This document shows positions 1 through 7,826 of a DNA stretch of 64,000 bases, piece after piece. Numbering within the stretch: position 1 is the stretch's first letter; every line of letters starts with the position of its first letter. The position numbers were made by a program, and so were the translations under genes. This stretch comes from Alphaproteobacteria bacterium (lineage in GTDB: Bacteria; Pseudomonadota; Alphaproteobacteria; Micropepsales; Micropepsaceae): assembly GCA_020852655.1 (NCBI GenBank), contig JADZAI010000100.1, forward strand, positions 12,135 to 76,134, in the 5' to 3' direction. The notes beneath the pieces are model-generated. The model was not told the origin of the DNA. It made no database searches and was given only the letters and a program-made list of their open reading frames with translations.

Positions 1-1487
1 ATGGCGCCGCCGTCGAGCGTGTCGTTTCCGTCGCCGCCGAAGAGGGCATCGGTGACGGCGGCGCGGCCGGTCAGTACGTTGTTCAGCGTGTTGCCGTTGA
101 GCGCGAAGCTGCGCGGGGCGTCGACGATGATGACGCCGTTCTCGACATTCGCGGGGAGGAAATAGGAGCTGAGGCTCGTGCCGGCACTGACGAGGACGGT
201 GTCGATGCCGCCGTCGGCCTGCTCCGTAACGGGATCGAAGACGGGATCGCGGAAGATCGGCGGGAAGATGATCCTGGCCGGCTCGATCACGGGCAGCGGG
301 GCCGGGGCGGTCTCCATGAGGACATAGGTATCGTTGCCGCCGCCACCGAAGAGGAGGTCGTAGCCGGCGCCGCCGATGAGGCGGTTGTCGCCGGAATTGC
401 CCGTGAGCGTGTCGTTGTAGAAGGAGCCTTCGAGATTCTCGACGCCGGAGACGATGTCGGTGCCGTCGCCGTTCGCGAGACTGCCGTTCACGCCGGCGTT
501 GAGGCCGTCGAAGCTGAGCGTGTCGATGCCGTCGCCGCCGACGATGGTGTCGGCGCCGGTGCCGCCGCGGAGCGTATCGTCGCCGCCGACGCCGAAGAGG
601 GCGTCGTCGCCGGGGTTCCCGCCGAGGAGGTTGGCGCCGTCGTCGCCGACGATGACGTCGTCGAACAGCGAGCCTGCCGCGCCTTCGACGGAGACGACCT
701 GGATGAGGCCGTAGCCTTCGGAATCGAAGGTGCCGAGGTCGAGCCGCACGACGACGCCGCCCGGCGCGTCGTCGAAGAAGAGCCGGTCGTTGCCGGCGCC
801 GCCGTCGACGAGATCGGGTGTCGACGTGCTGTTGCCGCCGCTGTCGAGCTGGTCGTCGCCGTCGCCGCCGCTGAGGGTGTCGGCGAAGCCGCTGGCGTTG
901 ATGACGTCGTTGCCGGCTTCGCCGTAGAAGCCCGCCGCGGCGCCGCCGGACGACAGGAAATCCTTGCCGCCGCGGCCGTGCAGCTCGCCGAAGACGGTGC
1001 CGTGGCTGACGAGGCTGTCATCATAGGCGGAGCCGATGACGTTGGCGATGCCGAGGATGGTGTCGACGCCCGCGCTGCCGGTGTTCTGGGGGTTGGGATC
1101 GCTGAGGTCGACCCAGACGAAACCGCCGGCGGAGCTGTAGTCGACCCAGTTCAGCTCGGTGGCGCCGCCCTGGGAATTCCAGTTGCCGTTCATGTAGTCG
1201 TCGCCGAGGCCGCCGACGAAGGTGTTCTTGCTGCCGGGGTCGCCGTAGAGCGTGTCCTTGCCGTCGCCGCCGTCGAGGTACTCGACGGTGTAGCCGCCGC
1301 CGTTGCCGAAGGCGTAGAGGATGTCGTCGCCGCCGTAGCCCTTGAGGATGTCGTTGCCGAGGCCGCCGGTGAGGGTGTCGTTGCCGGTGTCGGTTTCCGG
1401 GCTGCCTTCCGGGCCGCCGAAGATGAAATCCGCACCCGTACCGCCGGTCAGGCTGTCCGCACCGGTCGAGCCATAGAGTATCGCCAA
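1..1487 (-). CDS. RTX/hemolysin-type calcium-binding repeat protein (5' part; 3' end lies outside the window)
   Basis: Not in the ORF track. Manual translation of the - strand from TTG at 1487 (GGAGGAG upstream) gives MAILYGSTGADSLTGGTGADFIFGG...GGLGNDILKGYGGDDIL... The same frame still reads ...GGDGNDTLDGGA at position 3. Many GGxGxDxL-type nonapeptide repeats. Confidence 0.9.
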   Translation of the reverse strand, partial: MAILYGSTGADSLTGGTGADFIFGGPEGSPETDTGNDTLTGGLGNDILKGYGGDDILYAFGNGGGYTVEYLDGGDGKDTLYGDPGSKNTFVGGLGDDYMNGNWNSQGGATELNWVDYSSAGGFVWVDLSDPNPQNTGSAGVDTILGIANVIGSAYDDSLVSHGTVFGELHGRGGKDFLSSGGAAAGFYGEAGNDVINASGFADTLSGGDGDDQLDSGGNSTSTPDLVDGGAGNDRLFFDDAPGGVVVRLDLGTFDSEGYGLIQVVSVEGAAGSLFDDVIVGDDGANLLGGNPGDDALFGVGGDDTLRGGTGADTIVGGDGIDTLSFDGLNAGVNGSLANGDGTDIVSGVENLEGSFYNDTLTGNSGDNRLIGGAGYDLLFGGGGNDTYVLMETAPAPLPVIEPARIIFPPIFRDPVFDPVTEQADGGIDTVLVSAGTSLSSYFLPANVENGVIIVDAPRSFALNGNTLNNVLTGRAAVTDALFGGDGNDTLDGGA

Positions 1488-1565
1488 GGCTGCTCCTCCC
1501 AACGAGCCCCTCGTCCCCGGCCGCCTGATTGCGCCCCCGCCGCCGATCAGGCAAATTTATTCTTG

Positions 1566-1580
1566 TTATTCAACCGATAA
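1566..1580. promoter_or_regulatory. Candidate LysR-type binding site TTAT-N7-ATAA (T-N11-A)
   Basis: TTATTCAACCGATAA immediately upstream of the LysR start, in the divergent intergenic gap; matches the established T-N11-A dyad. Confidence 0.55.
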
Positions 1581-1588
1581 GGCCGATT

Positions 1589-2602
1589 TTGACACGGAGC
1601 CTCAATCTGGACCAGTTGGCCACGCTGACGGCGGTGGCGGAGCTGGGGAGTTTTTCGGCCGCGGCGCGGCGGCTGAACCTGTCGCAGCCGGCGATCAGCC
1701 TGCAGATCCGCGAGCTAGAGACACGCTTCGGCGTGCGCCTGCTGGAGCGCATGGGGAAGACCGCCTACCCGACCGAGCCGGGACGGGCGCTCATCGCCCA
1801 TGCCGCCCAGATCGCAGCGGCCTGCGAGGAAACGACCGCGGCGATGCGCCGCTTCCGCGACGGCTGGCTGGGCCGCGTGCATATCGGCACGACCCTGACG
1901 GCGCTGATGTATTCGCTGCCGGCGCTGCTGCGGCGGCTGCGGGCCGACCACCCGGGGCTCGAACTCGTGGTCACCAATATGGCGACGCGCGACAGCGTGG
2001 ACGGCGTGCTCCAGAACCGCCTCGACCTGGCGCTCGTGACGCTTCCGGTGGACGAGAAGAACCTGATCGCGACCCCTTTGCGGGACGAAAAACTGGTGGC
2101 GCTGCTGCCGGCCGATACGCCCAACCCGCCGGACGTGGTGACGCCGGCCTATGCGGCGTCGATGCCGCTGGTGACGGAGCATCAGCGGGGCGCCGTCTAC
2201 CGGCTCGTGAATGCCTGGATCGCGCCGTATCTGCCGTTGCCGATCAAGCCGATGGAGATCGGAACCATCGAGGCGGCCAAGCGCGGCGTCGCCGGCGGGC
2301 TCGGCATCAGCTTCGTGCCGGATGTCGCAGCCGAGCCAATGGCCGACGTCATCGTCCGGCCCATCGCGCCCGAAGTCCCCTGCACGCTCGGGCTGATCCA
2401 GCACCGCAACAAGCCCGACAGTCCGGCGCTGGCCATCGTGCGGCAGGCCCTCCTGTCGATCCAGACGGCAGGCGCCCGCCGTCTTGCCGCGCGCAAGCGC
2501 CACCCTGCCGCCCCCGAGCCCCTCGACATGGATGAGGCACCAGCCTCTGTCTCAGACGGAGCCAATCATGGACCGGCGGCCGGCGGCGCGCTTTCGTCCT
2601 GA
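1589..2602 (+). CDS. LysR-family transcriptional regulator
   Basis: N-terminal LNLDQLATLTAVAELGSFSAAARRLNLSQPAISLQIRELE helix-turn-helix. The TTG at 1589 is in frame with the track ORF 1529..2602 and better fits the family N-terminus. Confidence 0.95.
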   Translation: MTRSLNLDQLATLTAVAELGSFSAAARRLNLSQPAISLQIRELETRFGVRLLERMGKTAYPTEPGRALIAHAAQIAAACEETTAAMRRFRDGWLGRVHIGTTLTALMYSLPALLRRLRADHPGLELVVTNMATRDSVDGVLQNRLDLALVTLPVDEKNLIATPLRDEKLVALLPADTPNPPDVVTPAYAASMPLVTEHQRGAVYRLVNAWIAPYLPLPIKPMEIGTIEAAKRGVAGGLGISFVPDVAAEPMADVIVRPIAPEVPCTLGLIQHRNKPDSPALAIVRQALLSIQTAGARRLAARKRHPAAPEPLDMDEAPASVSDGANHGPAAGGALSS

Positions 2603-2605
2603 CTT

Positions 2606-4078
2606 TCAGCGCGTACGGCGGCGGGCCGGCTGTGGCTCCACGTTCAGCCAGTCGGTCTGCGCGAGCTTGCGCAACGCCGCTCCGACCGGCGAGGCGGCAG
2701 AAGAACTCGCGCCGTCACCGTTCCTCAGCGAACCGAGAAACAGCTTGGCGTAGCGCTCGGCCGTGGTGGAAAAGACCTTGGCGCGCAGCGCGGCGTGCCG
2801 CTCGCGCCGCTCGTCCAGCTTCATGGTGAGCGCGCGGTGCATGGCATCGGCGATCTGATCGGGGTCGTAGGGATTGACCAGCAGCGCCTCGGTCAACTCT
2901 TCGGCCGCACCGGCGAAATGCGACAGGACCAGGACGCCGGGGTCCTTCGAATCCTGGGCGGCGACGAATTCCTTGGCGACGAGGTTCATGCCGTCATGCA
3001 GCGGCGTAACGACACCCACCCGTGCCATGCGATAGAAGCCGGCAAGCGTGCGCCGCGGCGCGGCACGGGTGATATAGCGCAGCGGCGTCCAGTCGAACTC
3101 GGCGAAGCGGCCGTTCATGTCGCCCGCCAGCCGGTCGAGCTCGCGCGCCAGTTCGCGGTACGCCACCACGTCCTCGCGCGAACGGGCGGCGATCTGGAGG
3201 AAACTCACCTTCTGAAGGTGCTCGGGATATTGGCCGAGCAGCCGCGCATAGGCGTCGAAGCGGTTCGGCAAGCCCTTGGAATAGTCGAGGCGATCGACGC
3301 CAATGGCGAGCGCACGGCCATGAAGGCTTTCGGCGAGGCGCTGCGTGTCGGCGGAGCGCGAAGCCCTTATAGCGTCGCGCTCGAAGGGCTCGGCGTCGAT
3401 GCCGATCGGGTGCGCCTCGGCCCGCGTGACGCGGCCGCCGAAGGCGATCCGGTCGCCGTCGACCCGCGCGGCCAACAGGCGCTCGCAGGAATCGCGGAAG
3501 TCCCGGGCGTGCTCCCGCGTCTGGAAGCCGACCAGATCGTATTGGCAGAGATCGGCCAGAAGTTCGCCGACCGGCGGCAGGGTCTGAAGCACGCTGGGCG
3601 GCGCGAAGGGGATATGCAGGAAGAAGCCGATGCGGTTCTGGATCCCCGCCTCGCGCAGATACCGGGCAAGCGGGATGAGATGGTAGTCGTGCACCCACAC
3701 GATGTCGCCCGGCGTCAGCAGTTTCGCGAGCGCCTCGGCCAGAGTGCGATTGACCTCGCGATAACCGACGTAGTCCTCGCGGCGGAAGCGGACGAGCGAG
3801 GGACGAAAATGGAAGAGCGGCCAAAGGGCGCTGTTCGCGAAGCCGACGTAGAAGCGCTCGTAGTCCGCCTTCGACAGGTCCAGCGTCGCGTAGGTGACGC
3901 CGCGTGCCTCGACCTGCGCCGGCACCGGCGAGGTGTCGGCGGAGATGCGGCCGCTCCAGCCGAACCAAATCGCGCCGGGGGTGAGCACCTCCTTGAGCGC
4001 GACGGCGAGGCCCCCAGCCTGTGCGCCGCGCGTCTTGGGAACAGGAACGCGATTGGAGACGACTACGAGGCGCGCCAA
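2606..4078 (-). CDS. otsA: Trehalose-6-phosphate synthase (GT20)
   Basis: [12 protein letters not shown]...[43 protein letters not shown] motifs. Confidence 0.96.
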   Translation of the reverse strand: MARLVVVSNRVPVPKTRGAQAGGLAVALKEVLTPGAIWFGWSGRISADTSPVPAQVEARGVTYATLDLSKADYERFYVGFANSALWPLFHFRPSLVRFRREDYVGYREVNRTLAEALAKLLTPGDIVWVHDYHLIPLARYLREAGIQNRIGFFLHIPFAPPSVLQTLPPVGELLADLCQYDLVGFQTREHARDFRDSCERLLAARVDGDRIAFGGRVTRAEAHPIGIDAEPFERDAIRASRSADTQRLAESLHGRALAIGVDRLDYSKGLPNRFDAYARLLGQYPEHLQKVSFLQIAARSREDVVAYRELARELDRLAGDMNGRFAEFDWTPLRYITRAAPRRTLAGFYRMARVGVVTPLHDGMNLVAKEFVAAQDSKDPGVLVLSHFAGAAEELTEALLVNPYDPDQIADAMHRALTMKLDERRERHAALRAKVFSTTAERYAKLFLGSLRNGDGASSSAASPVGAALRKLAQTDWLNVEPQPARRRTR

Positions 4079-5859
4079 AGGCCCTCCTCCCAGCTCCGGG
4101 ACAGGCGCATGGCCGACAGGACGAGGCCGACCTGGCTGTAGGTCTGCGGGAAGTTGCCCCAGAGTTCGCCGGTATGCGGGTCGATATCCTCGGCAAGCAG
4201 GCCGACGTGATTGCGGCGCACGAGGACGTTGGCGAAAAGCTCGCGTGCCTCGTCCTTGCGCCCGACCAGCGCCAAGGCGTCGATGTACCAGAAGGTGCAG
4301 AGGAGGAACGCGTTGTCCGGGGTGCCGAAATCGTCCGCCTCGTCGTAGCGCAACAGGAAGCCGTTCTTCATCAGCCTGCGTTCGACGACTTCGAGGGTCT
4401 TGAGAAACGCCGGGTCCTCGGGCTTCACCACGCCCAGCTCGGGCAGAACCAGGCTGGAGGCATCAGCGACGGCCATGTCGAGCGATCCCGAGATCCATCC
4501 TTCTCCCGGAACGACGGCGCGGCGCATCAGTTCCTGGCGGATGATGCCGGCCCGGGCGAACCATTCCTGGGCTTCGGCCGGACGCCCGACCAGCCGCGCG
4601 ATCATGCCGAGCCGATGCAGCGCCGCCCAGGACATCGCGCCGGTATAGGAGAAGGCGCGCGCGCGGCCGCGATATTCCCAGAGCCCCGCGTCCGGCGTGA
4701 AGGCATCGCGCTCCGCCCGTCGCCCGACCGCGCAGAGCAGCTTGTAGAGATGGTCGTCGGCCTGACGGGCGAGCCGCTTGTCGTAGAAGAGCTGCGCGGC
4801 GGCCATCACGATCGAGCCGTAGCCGTCGTTCTGCATCTGCGTCACGGCGCCGTTGCCGATGCGCACGGGGGCATTGCCGCGATACCCGGCCAGCGACTCG
4901 GCGACCCGCTCGGTGACGTCGGACCCCGGCGCAATGGCGAAGAGCGGCGCGATGAAGCCGTCTTCCATATCGCGCTCGGCGGCATCGACGACAAAGCGCA
5001 CGAAGCCTTCCATGGTGCGCGTCGCGTTGAGGCGGTTGAGCGCGTTGACGGTGAAATAGGCATCGCGCAGCCAGCAGAAGCGGTAGTCCCAATTCCGTAC
5101 CGTGCCCTGGGCTTCCGGAATCGAGGTCGTCAGCGCGGCGACGATGGCGCCGGTGTCCTCGTAGGAGCAGAGCTTGAGCGTGATCGCAGCGCGAATGACC
5201 GCTTCCTGCCAGTCGAAGGGGACGTTGAGGCCGCGGGCCCAGTCCTGCCAGTAGAGCGTGGTCTGATCGAGGAAGCTCTGCGCCAGCGTATCGGGATTGT
5301 CGCTGAGCGGCTCGTCGACGCCGAAGAAGAGATTGACGCGGCCCTCCAGGGCGAACTCGCTCTCGCCCATCACATAGTTCACCGGCGCATCCGTGGTGAG
5401 ACGGATCGAGAGGCTCTCGCCCACCCAGCGCAGATGATTGCTTCCCAAGGAGGCGCGTACCTGACGGCTTCCGTAGACGAAGGTCGGGCGCACGCGGATC
5501 GCGATGCGGGGCCGCCCGGCGATGCGCTCGATCCGCCGCACCAGCATAGGCGGGCGGAAATTGCGGCCGTACTGACGAAAGCGCGGCGCGAAATCGCGAA
5601 TCCGGATCGCCCCGCCATGCGCGTCGGTCAATGTCGTTTCGACGATCGCCGTGTTCGTCAGGTAGCGCTGTTCGGACGCGACGACATCGCGCAGGACGAC
5701 ATCCATGAAGCCGGTCTCGGGCGTCTCGCCGTTGACGAGGGCGTTGAACATCGGGTCGCCGTCCAGCCGGGGATAGCAGAACCACAGATGCCGGCCGCTC
5801 CTGTCGATGAGCGAGGCAACCGCGCAGTTGCCGACCGGAGCCAGATCGAGGGTGGGCAT
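4063..5859 (-). CDS. Glycoside hydrolase family 15 (glucoamylase/trehalase-like)
   Basis: GAIVAALTTSIPE, RNWDYRFCWLRD, GLWEYRG, GNFPQTYSQVGL motifs. Probable start MPTLDLAPVGNC at 5859 rather than the track start at 6003, which overlaps otsB. Confidence 0.92.
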   Translation of the reverse strand: MPTLDLAPVGNCAVASLIDRSGRHLWFCYPRLDGDPMFNALVNGETPETGFMDVVLRDVVASEQRYLTNTAIVETTLTDAHGGAIRIRDFAPRFRQYGRNFRPPMLVRRIERIAGRPRIAIRVRPTFVYGSRQVRASLGSNHLRWVGESLSIRLTTDAPVNYVMGESEFALEGRVNLFFGVDEPLSDNPDTLAQSFLDQTTLYWQDWARGLNVPFDWQEAVIRAAITLKLCSYEDTGAIVAALTTSIPEAQGTVRNWDYRFCWLRDAYFTVNALNRLNATRTMEGFVRFVVDAAERDMEDGFIAPLFAIAPGSDVTERVAESLAGYRGNAPVRIGNGAVTQMQNDGYGSIVMAAAQLFYDKRLARQADDHLYKLLCAVGRRAERDAFTPDAGLWEYRGRARAFSYTGAMSWAALHRLGMIARLVGRPAEAQEWFARAGIIRQELMRRAVVPGEGWISGSLDMAVADASSLVLPELGVVKPEDPAFLKTLEVVERRLMKNGFLLRYDEADDFGTPDNAFLLCTFWYIDALALVGRKDEARELFANVLVRRNHVGLLAEDIDPHTGELWGNFPQTYSQVGLVLSAMRLSRSWEEGLWRAS

Positions 5860-5863
5860 GGCC

Positions 5864-6574
5864 TCAGGCTGCCACGCCGCGGGCCAGCCAGTCGCGCACG
5901 TTTTGCGGCTCGCCGCCGAACGCATCGCCGACGCGCAAGCCGAAGCCGCCCAGCTTGTACGCCATGGCGATCCCGTCTTCGTCTGTGAGGTCGTCGCCGA
6001 CATAGACCGGCGTCCGGCCCGCGAAGGGCGCAGCCTCCATGAGGATCGCGACCGCCCGGCCCTTGGACGAGGCGCGCGGCTTCACTTCGTAGGCCATCTT
6101 CGCCGGCATCACGATGAAGCCCTCGCGTTCGAGATCGGGGAGGCTTTCGACCAGGGCCTTCACCTCGGCCTCACGGTCGGGCGCGAGGCGATAATGGACG
6201 CAGACCGAGCGCGGCTTGCGCTCCACCACGATGCCCGGCCAGGTCTCCGCGGCGGTGCGCAGGATCTGAAGCCAGATCCGGGGCATCAACGGGGAGCGGG
6301 TCTTGTCGAGCGAACCGTCGGGCATCCGGACGACAGCGCCGTGTTCGCCCGCCCCCGCTCCCTGGTAGGGACTGAGCAGATCGTCCAGCACGGCCAGTTC
6401 GCGGCCGCTGACCACGGCCACGGCGCCATCCAGATCATGACGAATCCGGCTGAGTTCCAGCGCCAGCCGCTCAGGTACCGCTACGTCATCCGGGCGGTCG
6501 GCGATGTCGAGGAGTGTCCCGTCCAAATCCAGGAAAAGCGCCCAGTCGCGCTGAATTTCCGTGGCGTCCCGCAT
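5864..6574 (-). CDS. otsB: Trehalose-6-phosphate phosphatase (HAD)
   Basis: ALFLDLDGTL, VVSGR, YVGDDLTDEDG HAD motifs; first gene of the otsB-GH15-otsA operon. Start placed at ATG 6574, downstream of the predicted promoter. Confidence 0.94.
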   Translation of the reverse strand: MRDATEIQRDWALFLDLDGTLLDIADRPDDVAVPERLALELSRIRHDLDGAVAVVSGRELAVLDDLLSPYQGAGAGEHGAVVRMPDGSLDKTRSPLMPRIWLQILRTAAETWPGIVVERKPRSVCVHYRLAPDREAEVKALVESLPDLEREGFIVMPAKMAYEVKPRASSKGRAVAILMEAAPFAGRTPVYVGDDLTDEDGIAMAYKLGGFGLRVGDAFGGEPQNVRDWLARGVAA

Positions 6575-6608
6575 GCCCCGCCTTTCCGTTTCTTTGCGCT
6601 GCAACACA

Positions 6609-6634
6609 AACGCCGCCCCGACCGAACGAGTTCC
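6609..6634 (-). promoter_or_regulatory. EcfG/SigT (general stress response) promoter GGAAC-N17-CGTT for otsB-GH15-otsA
   Basis: The - strand reads GGAAC tcgttcggtcggggcgg CGTT, ending 34 nt upstream of the otsB ATG; matches the established alphaproteobacterial GSR sigma consensus GGAAC-N16/17-CGTT. Confidence 0.8.
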
Positions 6635-6643
6635 CGCCGGGCG

Positions 6644-6672
6644 GTGTCATCTAACTGTCATCCAGACGACAT
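6644..6672 (+). promoter_or_regulatory. Pho box (PhoB site) upstream of pstS
   Basis: GTGTCAT (6644) and CTGTCAT (6655) at 11-bp spacing, plus degenerate ACGACAT (6666). Confidence 0.85.
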
Positions 6673-6770
6673 AAACGCTTGACCGTCAGCCCCTACAGGC
6701 GGGGCCGCAGGGGTTTAAGGGCTCGTTAAGGCGACGGCCCAAGCCCCCCAAGCCAAGGGGATTAGCCCAG

Positions 6771-7733
6771 ATGAAGAAACTCAGCGCCGCTCTCGCGCTG
6801 TTCGCCTCGGTGTCGCTCGCGACCCTGGCCTCCGCGAATGAAATGGACAAGCGCTTCCAGCCCTACGCGCCGACCTCGGGCGTTTCGGGCACGCTGAAGT
6901 CGATCGGTTCGGACTCGCTCAACAACCTGATGACGTTGTGGGCCGAGGATTTCCGCAAAGCCTATCCGAGCGTGACGATCGAAATCGAGGGCAAGGGTTC
7001 GTCGACCGCGCCGCCGGCGCTGATCGCCGGCACCGCCCAGCTCGGACCGATGTCGCGCCCGATGCGGGCCGCCGAGTCGGACCAGTTCGAAGCGAAATAC
7101 GGCTACAAGCCGACGGCGGTTCGCGTCGCGGTCGATACGCTGGCGGTGTTCGTGAACAAGGACAATCCGATTGCCTGCCTGTCGCTGACGCAGCTCGATT
7201 CGATCTTCTCGGTCACGCGCAACATGGGCGGCCAGGCGATCGACACGTGGGACCAGGCGGGCGGCACGGGCGACTTCGCCGGCAAGCCGATCTCGCTGTT
7301 CGGCCGCAATGCCGCCTCGGGCACCTATGGCTATTTCAAGGAAGTCGCGCTGGGGAACGGCGACTATCGCAGCACCGTGAAGGAGCAGCCCGGTTCGTCG
7401 GCCGTGGTGCAGGGCGTCGCCGCCGACAAATATGCGATCGGCTATTCGGGCATCGGCTACAAGACCGCCGACGTGCGCGCGATCGCCGTCTCGGGCCGCG
7501 ACGGCCAGTGCTACGAGGCGACGCAGGAGAACGCCTATAAGGGCACCTACCCGATCACGCGCTTCCTCTACATCTACGTGAACAAGAACCCGTCGGCGCC
7601 GCTCGACCCGGTGCTGCGCGAGTTCTTCAAGTTCGTGCTCTCGGCGGACGGCCAGGACGACACGAACAAGGACGGCTACTACCCGATGCCCTACGTCTTC
7701 GCGACCGAAGACGTGGCGAAGATCAGCCAGTAA
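6771..7733 (+). CDS. pstS: Phosphate ABC transporter substrate-binding protein
   Basis: Signal peptide; SIGSDSLNNLMTLWAEDF, GSSTAPPAL, FGRNAASGTYGYFKE, YPITRFLYIYV. Confidence 0.97.
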   Translation: MKKLSAALALFASVSLATLASANEMDKRFQPYAPTSGVSGTLKSIGSDSLNNLMTLWAEDFRKAYPSVTIEIEGKGSSTAPPALIAGTAQLGPMSRPMRAAESDQFEAKYGYKPTAVRVAVDTLAVFVNKDNPIACLSLTQLDSIFSVTRNMGGQAIDTWDQAGGTGDFAGKPISLFGRNAASGTYGYFKEVALGNGDYRSTVKEQPGSSAVVQGVAADKYAIGYSGIGYKTADVRAIAVSGRDGQCYEATQENAYKGTYPITRFLYIYVNKNPSAPLDPVLREFFKFVLSADGQDDTNKDGYYPMPYVFATEDVAKISQ

Positions 7734-7750
7734 CCCCTCCCGAGATCCAG

Positions 7751-7776
7751 CGGCGGACGGTGGGGGCCGTCCGCCG
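7751..7776 (+). other. Intercistronic stem-loop after pstS
   Basis: CGGCGGACGG-tggggg-CCGTCCGCCG, a perfect 10-bp stem between pstS and pstC; no U-tract, so probably an mRNA-stabilising hairpin. Confidence 0.6.
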
Positions 7777-7826
7777 GCGGAGCGTTCCGGCCCCCGCCGA
7801 ATTCCAGCCGCAAGCGGGGACTCCCG

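Noticed and set aside
4063-6003. 140-bp overlap of GH15 with otsB implied by the track start at 6003
   Set aside because: The family-typical N-terminus begins at ATG 5859, 4 bp after the otsB stop.
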